In this document: one piece after another, positions 19,141 through 27,999 of the stretch
How the letters are laid out: the number at the start of each line of letters is the position of its first letter
Numbering within the stretch: position 1 is the first letter of the stretch
Source: Candidatus Eiseniibacteriota bacterium
Lineage (GTDB): Bacteria > Eisenbacteria > RBG-16-71-46
NCBI GenBank assembly: GCA_031364845.1
Contig: JANLWX010000018.1
Coordinates: forward strand, 1 to 64,000
Reading direction: 5' to 3'
DNA: 64,000 nt
Translations under genes and position numbers: made by a program
Notes under the pieces: model-generated
Told to the model about the DNA's origin: nothing
The model's database searches: none
Seen by the model: the letters and a program-made list of their open reading frames with translations, nothing else

Positions 19141-20390
19141 CGGGCGGCCGGTGCGTTACGGAGCATTGCGAGCACGACGTTGCGCAGCATTTGCGGATAC
19201 ACGCCGCCGCGGCGCGCGTGGCCGTTGATGACGATCGAAGGCACGCCGAGCAGCCGCATGTCGGTCGCGAGGGCGACGTCCTTGTCGAGCTCCGCCCTGC
19301 CCGCTCCGCGTTCGACGCACGCCTGGAACCGCGGCACGTCGAGATGGAGTTCGCCCAGATGGCGCGTCACGTTAGCCTTGGTGACGTCGGGGTGGGAAAG
19401 CGTATGGAACAGATAGTCGTGGTACTCCCAGAATTTCCCCTGCTCTGCCGCACACTCGCCGACCTCCGCAAGCCAGCATGCATCCACGTGCTGGTCGTGC
19501 TCCATCTTGGGATTGCACTGTGAACTCACGGGCGCGTTCAGGAACACGACGCGAACCTGGTCGGGCAGCTGGCGGCGCAACTTCTCGATGTGACCGGACA
19601 GCGCGCGGCAGTAGTGGCACTGGAAGTCGCTCGCTACCACGATCGTGACCGGCGCGGTGGCGGGCCCGCGCGACGGCTGGCCCTCGAAGCGGGCCATGTC
19701 GATCAGCGGCGGCTGCTCGAGCTGTGCGAGGAACTCGTCGGTCTCCTCCTGCGCGAGAATCTTCACGTCTTCGAGCGATCGATAGGTCATGAACACTGCC
19801 GTGCCGATTCCTGCGAGGACCAGGAACGCCGTCAGGAGCTTCGGAACGAGCGGCCCCGGCGAGAGGAACAGGCTGCGCCGGTCGCCCGGAGTCTTCGTGC
19901 GGCCATCGATCCACCAGAACAATCCCGCGAGCAATAGATTGATGCCGTAGGACGCCGCGCAGCCGAGGCACACGGTGCCGATGCGCGCGACCATCACCCA
20001 CGCGAGGTACGCGTCGAACACCAGCGCCACACACGCCACCAACATTCCCAGTGAAGCCGCCGCCGCGCGCTCGGCCGGCCGGAACCACAGCGTCGCCAGC
20101 GCGAGTCCGCTCATGACGATGTAGAACACGAGGCCCCACAGGGCGACCGGGTAGCCGAGCATCGTCGAATGTTCGCTCGCCGCCACCGCGTTGCAGTCGA
20201 ACGCCGCGCCACCGCTGCACAGCAATCCCTCGGCGAGTCCGCCTTCGGTGACCGTGATGTATTCGCGGAGCAGGAAGATCGCGATCGCGGCACCGCCGAG
20301 CGCGACGATCAGCGCGAGCACGGAGGCGATCGGCGTGCGCGGAGCCGCGGGAGTTGCGGTGGCGGCAGTGTTCGGAAGTTCTCGGGTCAT
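19137..20390 (-). CDS. vitamin K epoxide reductase (VKOR)-DsbA/thioredoxin fusion
   Basis: Loop Cys pair C-SGGAAFD-C, membrane CLGC, C-terminal DFQCHYC and GVPS; AGGAG RBS. Confidence 0.9.
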   Translation of the reverse strand: MTRELPNTAATATPAAPRTPIASVLALIVALGGAAIAIFLLREYITVTEGGLAEGLLCSGGAAFDCNAVAASEHSTMLGYPVALWGLVFYIVMSGLALATLWFRPAERAAAASLGMLVACVALVFDAYLAWVMVARIGTVCLGCAASYGINLLLAGLFWWIDGRTKTPGDRRSLFLSPGPLVPKLLTAFLVLAGIGTAVFMTYRSLEDVKILAQEETDEFLAQLEQPPLIDMARFEGQPSRGPATAPVTIVVASDFQCHYCRALSGHIEKLRRQLPDQVRVVFLNAPVSSQCNPKMEHDQHVDACWLAEVGECAAEQGKFWEYHDYLFHTLSHPDVTKANVTRHLGELHLDVPRFQACVERGAGRAELDKDVALATDMRLLGVPSIVINGHARRGGVYPQMLRNVVLAMLRNAPAAR

Positions 20391-20466
20391 CGAACGCGTC
20401 TCCTGATCATCCATGAATCGCGAGTGCGGGCCTGCCGTGCGTGTCTGAGGCCGCGATCGAAAAGCA

Positions 20467-21264
20467 TCATCGGCGCACACCCCACACCAGCGTCGTCGCG
20501 CCGAGGCGATTCACGAGCGGCAGTGATTCCGCCACGGTTTCGAGCACACGCCCCACCGGCAGCAACGAATCCGGCAATGTCTTGAACACCCACATGAACT
20601 GACGCGCCCCGCGCACTTCGAAGCCCGCGGTGGCGAGGCCCGAGACCAGATCATGAGCCGTGATCGGATGATGATACCGATACGGGTGGTAGGTCGAGGA
20701 ATCGTCCTGAGCTTCGGGATAGCACGAGGACGGCAACATTCGCCGCAGCGCGGGCCAGCGTGTCGCGAGCACCTTCACCTGCTCGATCGGCGAATGCGCG
20801 TTCGGCGTCGAGATCGCGATGGTTCCGCCCGGCTTGATCACGCGGGCGGCTTCGCGCAGCACCTGCGCGCGATCCGGCCGGAACACGTGCTCCATCATTT
20901 CCACCGACACGATCGCGTCGAACGCGCGATCCGGAAACGGCAGCGCCTTGGCATTGCCCTGGACCAGCGCGAAGCCGCGGTCGTCATTGAAATGGCGCTG
21001 CGCCCATTGGAGCTGATCGAGGCCGAGATCGATCCCGGTGATGCGCGCACCCATCTTCGACGCCCACATGGGCCCGAACGCCCAGCCCGGTCCCAGGTCG
21101 AGCACCCGGTCGCCGCGCTCGAATCCGCTGCGTTCGAAAACCTCACGAATTCGCCGGACGATCATGTGTCGCTTGGTCGCCGAGGCCAGATACCAGTGTT
21201 CGACCAGGTAGGGTAACGATTCGCGATCGCGGACCGTGATCTCGGGAGGAGCGCCGAGCTTCAT
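20467..21264 (-). CDS. class I SAM-dependent methyltransferase
   Basis: VLDLGPGW, LPFPDRAFD, EMMEHV, IKPGG..STPN; ATGA overlap with the EamA stop. Confidence 0.88.
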   Translation of the reverse strand: MKLGAPPEITVRDRESLPYLVEHWYLASATKRHMIVRRIREVFERSGFERGDRVLDLGPGWAFGPMWASKMGARITGIDLGLDQLQWAQRHFNDDRGFALVQGNAKALPFPDRAFDAIVSVEMMEHVFRPDRAQVLREAARVIKPGGTIAISTPNAHSPIEQVKVLATRWPALRRMLPSSCYPEAQDDSSTYHPYRYHHPITAHDLVSGLATAGFEVRGARQFMWVFKTLPDSLLPVGRVLETVAESLPLVNRLGATTLVWGVRR

Positions 21265-22229
21265 GTGGCAACCGCGCGCGCGCGAAGCGATTCCGACTGC
21301 GTGAGCCAGACTCCGGCGAGCACCAGCACGGTCGACACCACGAATCCCGCGGGCAGCGGTTCGCGCAGGAACATCCACGCCATCGCGACGGTGAACAGCG
21401 GCTGGAGGTTGGTCATGATCGCGACCGAGGCTGGCTTGAGGTGCTCGAGCCCCCAGAACCAGATCACGTAATTGAGCGCCGAGGTCAGCCAGGCGAGGTA
21501 CAGCAGGCCGCTCCATGCGGGCGCCGAGATTCGTGCCGGGTGAAACTGCAGCAGGCTCACGAGGCCGATCGGCAGGAATGCGATCGTGCCGGCGAGCATG
21601 GCCTGGGCGGTGACGACCAGCGATCCGTAGCGGCGGGTCACGGTCCGGCCGAGCACGAGGTAGAGCGCCCACGTGACGACGGCGAGCAGGATGACGAGGT
21701 CACCGCGCAACGATGCCGCCTCGAAGTGCAGGCCACGCTGCAGCAGAAGCGTGAGGACTCCCGCGAACGCAAGAGCGATCCCACCGATCGCAGCCGCTGT
21801 CGGGCGGGTCGAGGCCGAACTCATGCCGAAAAGGACCACGAACGCCGGCGTGAGCGCGTAGAGGAGTGCCGCGTGCGAAGCGCTCGACCATTGCATGCCG
21901 ATCAGGAACAGTCCCTGGTTGAGCAGCACGCCCAGCAGCCCGAGCAACACGATGCGGGGCCGATCGGCCCGCGCAATCCGGACTCCGGGCCGCAGGAAGC
22001 GCGCGACCGGCCACAGCACCAGCGTGGCGAGCACGAAACGGAACAGCGCGAGCGGAAGGGGAGGAAACTCGGCGAGCGTGCCCTTGGCGACGAGAAACGT
22101 GCCGCTCGCAATCATGACGTTCAGCAACAGCGCCGGATACAAGAGCGCCGGTGGCGAGGCGGAGTTCATCACCTCCGCGGAAGCGGAGACGGATTCGGGT
22201 TGCGGGAGATGGGCATGGGTCACGCGCAT
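21261..22229 (-). CDS. DMT/EamA family transporter
   Basis: About 10 TM helices in two EamA repeats (LALFRF, NLQPLF). Start uncertain. Confidence 0.88.
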   Translation of the reverse strand: MRVTHAHLPQPESVSASAEVMNSASPPALLYPALLLNVMIASGTFLVAKGTLAEFPPLPLALFRFVLATLVLWPVARFLRPGVRIARADRPRIVLLGLLGVLLNQGLFLIGMQWSSASHAALLYALTPAFVVLFGMSSASTRPTAAAIGGIALAFAGVLTLLLQRGLHFEAASLRGDLVILLAVVTWALYLVLGRTVTRRYGSLVVTAQAMLAGTIAFLPIGLVSLLQFHPARISAPAWSGLLYLAWLTSALNYVIWFWGLEHLKPASVAIMTNLQPLFTVAMAWMFLREPLPAGFVVSTVLVLAGVWLTQSESLRARAVAT

Positions 22230-22627
22230 GGACCCCGCACATTACAACGCCGCACGCGGGCAGCGCACTTCGCGGCCATGATCGACTGCTTATGTGCGCC
22301 GGCCCCGCGATGGATGTCGTGCGTGCTGTTCCAACTCCCCGACTGACAAGGTAGCGGTGGTGGAGTTGCTTCGGCCAATCGGCCCCCGATTGCGATCAAC
22401 CTCCGCGAATCCGGTCCTCCGCTCCTTGCCCGTCGTGGTCGAGATCATGTGGATCTCGAAGACTCTCCATCGCAATGAGCGGACCAACCGCGTCGGTCGT
22501 CATGGACTCGCGCGAAAGGCCTGCAAACACACGCGCATGTCGGTGTTCGTGCGGACGAGTCGGGTGTTCGCCGACGGACTGGGTGTCCGTGGGGTTTCCA
22601 CATCCGTCGCGGCGTTGACACTCGAGA

Positions 22628-22656
22628 CAGAGAAATCACCCCCTGTGATTTCTCTG
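22628..22656. repeat. perfect 12-bp inverted repeat upstream of the lexA promoter
   Basis: CAGAGAAATCAC-cccct-GTGATTTCTCTG. Confidence 0.85.
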
Positions 22657-22657
22657 C

Positions 22658-22687
22658 TTGACGGAGTGCACGGACGTGCACTAGCAT
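22658..22687 (+). promoter_or_regulatory. sigma-70-type lexA promoter with a putative LexA box in the spacer
   Basis: TTGACG-N18-TAGCAT; the spacer holds the palindrome GTGCAC-GGAC-GTGCAC (22666-22681). Confidence 0.75.
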
Positions 22688-22740
22688 TCCCGGGTGCCAG
22701 GTCCAAGAATGGACCCTCAACGTTTTGAAAGAAGGGATCT

Positions 22741-23343
22741 ATGCGGAGCGATCGAACGCGCGAGATTTTGAGCTTCATCGAGGACTTCACGCGCGAGCGC
22801 GGATATCCGCCAACCATTCGAGAGATCGGCAAGGCGTTTTCGATCGCGTCGACGAACGGCGTTCGCTTCCACCTTCACAAGCTCGAGAAGCAGGGCATGT
22901 TGAAACGGAGCGGAAAGATCTCCCGGGGGATCGAGAGCATGCGCGCCGTGACGCCGGTGACCGGCGGAATTCCGATTCTCGGTCGCGTGGCGGCAGGTCA
23001 GCCAATCTCGGCGGACCAATCGTATGACGGCACACTCGAAATCGATGACCTCTTTGGTCGGCCCGGCGAACTGTTCGCATTGCTCGTGAAGGGTGACAGC
23101 ATGATCGGCGCGGGCATCTACGAGAACGATCACGTCGTCGTGCGGCATCAGGAAACGGCGGCGGCTGGCGAAATGGTGGTGGCGCTGATCGAAGACGAAG
23201 CGACCGTCAAATATTTCCAGCCCAAGAGTGATCGCGTCGAGCTGGTCCCAGCGAATCCGAAGTACCAGCCGATCGTCGTCCGATCCGATGAAGAGCTTCG
23301 ATTGCTGGGAGTTGTTCGAGGAGTGGTTCGCGTCATCAACTGA
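22741..23343 (+). CDS. lexA: SOS repressor LexA
   Basis: GYPPTIREIG wHTH, VAAG cleavage site, GDSM catalytic Ser, ATVK catalytic Lys. Confidence 0.97.
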   Translation: MRSDRTREILSFIEDFTRERGYPPTIREIGKAFSIASTNGVRFHLHKLEKQGMLKRSGKISRGIESMRAVTPVTGGIPILGRVAAGQPISADQSYDGTLEIDDLFGRPGELFALLVKGDSMIGAGIYENDHVVVRHQETAAAGEMVVALIEDEATVKYFQPKSDRVELVPANPKYQPIVVRSDEELRLLGVVRGVVRVIN

Positions 23344-23363
23344 CCTCGATGATGAGGTCCGAG

Positions 23364-23389
23364 AATGGGAGCTCGCGCTCCCATTTTTT
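23364..23389 (+). terminator. intrinsic terminator after lexA
   Basis: AATGGGAGC-TCGC-GCTCCCATT followed by a T-tract. Confidence 0.8.
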
Positions 23390-23401
23390 CGCGGTATTAA
23401 C

Positions 23402-23415
23402 TGCACATACGTGCA
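23402..23415. promoter_or_regulatory. second putative LexA box, upstream of the TnpA-like gene
   Basis: TGCAC-ATAC-GTGCA, same motif as in the lexA promoter; lies between TATTAA (23395-23400) and the GGAGG RBS. Confidence 0.75.
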
Positions 23416-23433
23416 TCGGCAAGGGAGGATGTG

Positions 23434-23895
23434 ATGGTGGACAGCAGACTGACCCCCGAAGTTACTGAGTCACTCGCAGTGCGATGGGAACCGGTATATC
23501 GGAGTCAGCTCCACTACCTCGTCACATGGGGAACGCGGGGTCGGCGGCCGGTGCTCAAGAATCGTCACGTGCGCTCATTGCAGACGCTCGTCCAGCAACT
23601 GTGCGCGGACCGTGGATACGGACTGCTCGAAGTCGCGGCAGGTGATGATCACGTGCATGTGCTGGTCGCGATTCGACCTTCGCAGAGCATCGCGAGCGTC
23701 GTGCGCGAAATCAAAGGCCGCTCCGCCGCGACACTGCTTACGGATTTCCCCGAACTCAGAGTGTGGCTGCGCGGAAATCTCGTGTGGGACGAACGCTACT
23801 CGGTCGAGACCGTGAGCGGAGTGCGCGTCGATCGAGTGCAGAATCGGCTGCGCGCTCTGCACGGCCCTCAGGATGAGTTGGCCCGCGCGAGCTGA
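23434..23895 (+). CDS. IS200/IS605 TnpA (Y1 HUH)-like protein, apparently lacking the catalytic Tyr
   Basis: W.TRGRRPVL, DHVHVLV (HUH), KGRSA, LVWDERYSVETVS; the helix expected to carry YxxxQ reads VQNRLRAL. No tnpB nearby. Confidence 0.85.
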   Translation: MVDSRLTPEVTESLAVRWEPVYRSQLHYLVTWGTRGRRPVLKNRHVRSLQTLVQQLCADRGYGLLEVAAGDDHVHVLVAIRPSQSIASVVREIKGRSAATLLTDFPELRVWLRGNLVWDERYSVETVSGVRVDRVQNRLRALHGPQDELARAS

Positions 23896-24030
23896 TTCGC
23901 GAGGGTTCGATGATGCCTCGGTACCTCCGGGCTTTCATCGAATGATGTTTCACGAACGACACCGCGGCGCTCCTGACGCGTGGCACCCGAAAGGTGCCGC
24001 GACGCCGGAATCACGTCTTCGCCTTCGACT

Positions 24031-24948
24031 TCATGGGGCGACGCGGGGTCGTCGTGAAAGACCGGTTCCATAGGACGCGAGCGCGGCGGCGAGGAGCACG
24101 AGCAATGCGCCGAGCCATTGAATCGCCGCCAGGCCTTCGCCGAGGGCGATCCATGCTGCTACCACGGCGACCACGGGCTCGAGGGTCGCGAGAATGCCGG
24201 CTTCAGCGGCAGGCATGCGGCGCAGTCCGGCATAGAAGAGCGCGAACGGGATGAGAGCCGAAGTTACCGCGAGAAGCAGGAACACACCCCACATCGAGGC
24301 GTCGTAGCCGGCCGCGGCGATGCGCCATGGCGGTGTGACGATCGCCCACACCAGCCCCGCGACCAGGAACGTGTAGAAGAGGATCGTCTCGGGTGCGTAG
24401 CGCGCGAGAATTCGTTTCGAGTAGACGATGTAGAAGGCGAATGTGAAAGCGGTGCTGAAGCTGATCGCCCAGTCGATCGGACGCGCGCGATCGAGTTGCG
24501 CGCCGTTGTTGCCGACCAGGAGCGCCGTGCCGACCATTGCCGCGGCCAGCGTGATGACAATGCGGCGGGTGAGGCGTGCGCCTCGCAGCAGTTCCCACAG
24601 CACGATCAACGAGGGAGCGAGGTACTGGATCAGGATCGCGAGTCCGACGCCGAGGACCGAAATCGAATGGTAGTAGCCACCCTGTATCGCGGCGACCCCG
24701 AGGACTCCGAGCAGCGCGAACGGTCCCCAGTCTCGCCGGTCGACCACGAGCGTTCGCGGGCGACTCGATGCCATCCATACACCGAGGATCAAGGTCGAGA
24801 GCACGAGCCGCATCTCGACGATCGTCAGGGGTGGAATGTCGCGTTCGCGAAACATGAATCGAGCAAGGGTCGCCGAGGCGCCCCAGAACACCGTGGCCCC
24901 GAACACCATGAGGCGTCCGCGCGCGTGCTCGGTCGTAGAATCCTTCAT
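24031..24948 (-). CDS. DMT/EamA family transporter
   Basis: Multiple TMs; FWGAS, IQYLAP, ATLEPVVA. Confidence 0.88.
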   Translation of the reverse strand: MKDSTTEHARGRLMVFGATVFWGASATLARFMFRERDIPPLTIVEMRLVLSTLILGVWMASSRPRTLVVDRRDWGPFALLGVLGVAAIQGGYYHSISVLGVGLAILIQYLAPSLIVLWELLRGARLTRRIVITLAAAMVGTALLVGNNGAQLDRARPIDWAISFSTAFTFAFYIVYSKRILARYAPETILFYTFLVAGLVWAIVTPPWRIAAAGYDASMWGVFLLLAVTSALIPFALFYAGLRRMPAAEAGILATLEPVVAVVAAWIALGEGLAAIQWLGALLVLLAAALASYGTGLSRRPRVAP

Positions 24949-24952
24949 GAAC

Positions 24953-26584
24953 TCAAAGCAGCCGTCGCCGCTGCAGACGGACGGTACGCACGGCATCGCC
25001 GCGGCGCACTCGGAGAACCACGCGGCTCCCGGCCGGTCCTTCGAGACGGCGCGAGGCGCCGATGACATCGAGCATGGTCGCGGGCGTCGCGTCGATCGCC
25101 ACCAGTTCGTCGGCTCTTTCGATCCCGGCTAGTGCCGCCGGAGATCCGGCGGCAACGCCGACGATGCTCAGGGCAGTGCCGCGCCGTTCGAGCTGCAGGC
25201 CGACGTGTGTGTATTCGTTCGGGCGTTCGTCCACTGTGTGCGGGATCGATTCCAACCACAGCACCTGATGGGGATAGTCGATCACGACTCGGAACCGCCG
25301 CAGGAACGAATAGCCCAGCAGGCCGTGCACCGGCTCGCCGACGTCGGCAGAGAGTGCGGATGCGAGCGGGCTCTCGATGATCGCCGCATCCATATCGCGC
25401 GTCGATACGCCGGCGGAGTCCGTGAGGATCTCGATCTTGGGCAACCGTGCGATCCGCGCCTCCGCCGAACCCACGAGCGTGGGGGCGGTCAGGCCACGCA
25501 ACGATGGCCAGCCATCGAACTGCGGAGCTATCTCGGCGAGCGAGGGTCCGAACAAGGCGGTCTTGGTCGCGCCGGTGTCGACGATGAGCGTCAGCGTGTC
25601 GCTCATCGATGCGATGTTGGGATTGGCCACGCGCGCGGCAACCAGGATCTTGTCATCGCCGCGAAGTCGGAAGGGAACCGCGCGAGCGCCGCCATGCAGC
25701 GCATCACCTAGAGCCGACCGCGAAGCTTCGACGCGCGATTGCCGGTGTGCCAGTGAGCCATCGCCACTTCGAATGTGGGATTCACTGGCAACGCGATCGA
25801 CAGGCTGCGAGGTTGCGGAGTTCGAACCATCGTCCGTTGAATCGTTGACGGGAATGAGGCCGAGTTCGTCTCGGCGATAGTCGATCACCAACGCGTAGGC
25901 CGTGAGCGGATGCGCACCCAGCAGGCCGAACACAGGCCGGTCGGTGACCTGCCGGATGATGCTCCCGTCAATCGTGAGAACCGGAGACACTTGATCGAAC
26001 TGAAGGCCACCGATCTCGAGCCGGGGCAACGGGCGATCGGAGATTCCGATTGCCGCCGGCGCCGCGCCGTCCATTCCACTGCCATTGGGAATCTTCGCGT
26101 CGCTATTTTTGATCCCGATCTCGCGAGCGAACGACGCGTCCAGGGCAACGTATCCGGCACCGCTGTCCAACACGAACAACCCGGTCGTGTCACGACCGTC
26201 CGATCTCCGGACCGTGGCGCGGAGCATGATGATTCCTTCCATGTTCTCGATGGGCACGATCGTCGCGCTGGATCTCCATTGCGCGTTCTGGGCAATAGCG
26301 TTGCGCCGTTTCGCCGCGGAGCGTCGAGCTGTCTCCGCATGACTGCGATTTCGTGGCGTGGAGGCAGATCCCGGCGCGGCCTTTGATCCCTCGGCAGAGT
26401 GCGCGCCCTGAGGACTCACGGGTGCGTTCTGCGTCGCCGGATGAGTGCCAGCCCCTGCGCGCGCTGTGGCGTCGAGCCCGGGGCCTGAGAAGAGGAGGAA
26501 CAACGCCCCGGACACCGCGACGGTCCAGTGCAGATCTCGAATCCGGACCGTGGAACTAGCCCCGGGTGCGAAGGAGATCGCCAC
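24953..26584 (-). CDS. secreted aspartyl protease (two retropepsin-like domains) with C-terminal PDZ domain
   Basis: FVLDSGA and LIVDTGA catalytic motifs, two GLLG motifs, PDZ (GSPAALAGI). Start codon uncertain. Confidence 0.82.
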   Translation of the reverse strand: MAISFAPGASSTVRIRDLHWTVAVSGALFLLFSGPGLDATARAGAGTHPATQNAPVSPQGAHSAEGSKAAPGSASTPRNRSHAETARRSAAKRRNAIAQNAQWRSSATIVPIENMEGIIMLRATVRRSDGRDTTGLFVLDSGAGYVALDASFAREIGIKNSDAKIPNGSGMDGAAPAAIGISDRPLPRLEIGGLQFDQVSPVLTIDGSIIRQVTDRPVFGLLGAHPLTAYALVIDYRRDELGLIPVNDSTDDGSNSATSQPVDRVASESHIRSGDGSLAHRQSRVEASRSALGDALHGGARAVPFRLRGDDKILVAARVANPNIASMSDTLTLIVDTGATKTALFGPSLAEIAPQFDGWPSLRGLTAPTLVGSAEARIARLPKIEILTDSAGVSTRDMDAAIIESPLASALSADVGEPVHGLLGYSFLRRFRVVIDYPHQVLWLESIPHTVDERPNEYTHVGLQLERRGTALSIVGVAAGSPAALAGIERADELVAIDATPATMLDVIGASRRLEGPAGSRVVLRVRRGDAVRTVRLQRRRLL

Positions 26585-26963
26585 CCATCTCGACGGCTTC
26601 GGAGCCGTTCTCGAGCATGGTGCACCGGCCGGTAAAGTGAACACCTGGCTCCATCACCACGCTCATGGCTGCAACGTCACCTTCAACGCGAGCGCCAGCC
26701 TTCAGTTCGAGAATTCCAAGCGCGCGAACGTTACCGTAAATGCGGCCCTCGATCACGGCTTCCTTGACCTCGATATCGGCACGCATGACGCCATGTTCTC
26801 CGATTTCAAGACGTTCGCAGTTAAGAACGTCGCCTTCGAGTTCGCCTTCGATTCGCAGCGTGCCGGAAACCATGAGAGTTCCACGGAAGCTGGACCCAAT
26901 CCCGATCGTCGTATTGGGCATCGTCGGCGCGTCGGGGGTGCCGGCCTTGGACAGGAATCTCAT
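26556..26963 (-). CDS. bactofilin (polymer-forming cytoskeletal protein)
   Basis: TTIGIGSSFRGTL...LRIEG..EG...GRIYGNV...MEPGVHFTGRCTM; GGAGGAG RBS. Confidence 0.92.
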   Translation of the reverse strand: MRFLSKAGTPDAPTMPNTTIGIGSSFRGTLMVSGTLRIEGELEGDVLNCERLEIGEHGVMRADIEVKEAVIEGRIYGNVRALGILELKAGARVEGDVAAMSVVMEPGVHFTGRCTMLENGSEAVEMGGDLLRTRG

Positions 26964-27138
26964 CGCCATCTCCTCCATGAACACCAGGCGACTGCTGCGC
27001 GCGACATCACGCGCGATGTCTGACGCGCGGACTAATCAGTAGTGTGAAATGTGAACGTGACTCACTTGGATCAACGGCCGTTCGATGATCACCATCTCTC
27101 GTCGGTCCGCCGACTTTTTCGCCACGATTGGGTTTGCG

Positions 27139-27999
27139 CTAGAGAACGGCCCAGGCTTCGAGCAAGCGCTCGAGATCCTCATCTCCGTAGAACTCGAACT
27201 CCACCTTGCCACCCTTGCGCCCGCGCCGGATCGCCACGTGAGTGCCGAACTTCTGCTGAAGCTTCGTTTCCCACTCTCCGAGTCCCTGGGCTCGGCTCGC
27301 GGAAGGTCGCGTGGTGGCGCGCCGCAGCTTCCGCCGTATGTAAGCTTCGGTGCGGCGGACCGAGAAACCTTTCGCGTGCACGTACCGTGCGGCGGCAAGC
27401 ATTTCTCCAGAACTCTCTAGACTCAATAGTGATCTGGCGTGTCCAGCCGTCAATGTTTCACGTGAAACCATGTCCTGGACTTCGACGGGCAGCGTGAGCA
27501 ACCGGAGCATGTTGGTGATCGATGCGCGCTGCTTGCCAACCCGATCCGAAATCTGATCGTGCGTCAGCCCCGCATTTGTGCTGAGGGAGAGATAGGCTTT
27601 CGCCTCTTCAATCGGATTGAGATTCTCGCGCTGGATGTTCTCGACCAGCGACATCTCGATCATCTCGCGATCGGTGACGTCCCTGATGACGGCAGGGATC
27701 TTCGTGAGGCCCGCGGCCCGTGTAGCGCGCAGACGGCGCTCGCCGGCAACCAGCTCGTACCCATCCGCGGCCGCCCGGCGCACCAGAACCGGCTGGAGGA
27801 CTCCGCTGGTCTTGATCGAAGCCGCCAGTTCCCTGATCGCCTCGTCATCGAAGACGGTGCGGGGCTGATGAGGATTGGGCGCGATATCGTCGATATCTAA
27901 TTCGACCGAACCGTTCGATCGAGCTTCGGCGATCGCGGTGGCCGAGGAGGAACCGGGGATCAACGCGTCGAGACCTCTACCTAATACTTTCCTGTGCAT
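27139..27999 (-). CDS. parB: chromosome partitioning protein ParB
   Basis: [42 protein letters not shown]. Confidence 0.96.
   Translation of the reverse strand: MHRKVLGRGLDALIPGSSSATAIAEARSNGSVELDIDDIAPNPHQPRTVFDDEAIRELAASIKTSGVLQPVLVRRAAADGYELVAGERRLRATRAAGLTKIPAVIRDVTDREMIEMSLVENIQRENLNPIEEAKAYLSLSTNAGLTHDQISDRVGKQRASITNMLRLLTLPVEVQDMVSRETLTAGHARSLLSLESSGEMLAAARYVHAKGFSVRRTEAYIRRKLRRATTRPSASRAQGLGEWETKLQQKFGTHVAIRRGRKGGKVEFEFYGDEDLERLLEAWAVL
27454..27469. promoter_or_regulatory. parS site inside parB
   Basis: TGTTTCACGTGAAACC, 15/16 match to TGTTTCACGTGAAACA. Confidence 0.9.

Noticed and set aside
22290..22728. Short ORFs in the EamA-lexA intergenic region
   Set aside because: No recognisable motifs or convincing RBS/start context; cannot be supported without homology or expression data.
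23434..23895. Active IS200/IS605 element
   Set aside because: No catalytic YxxxQ, no tnpB and no clear left end; reported as a probable domesticated gene instead.
23946..23961. parS-like TGTTTCACGAACGACA
   Set aside because: Only one half-site matches (4 mismatches); at most a weak site.
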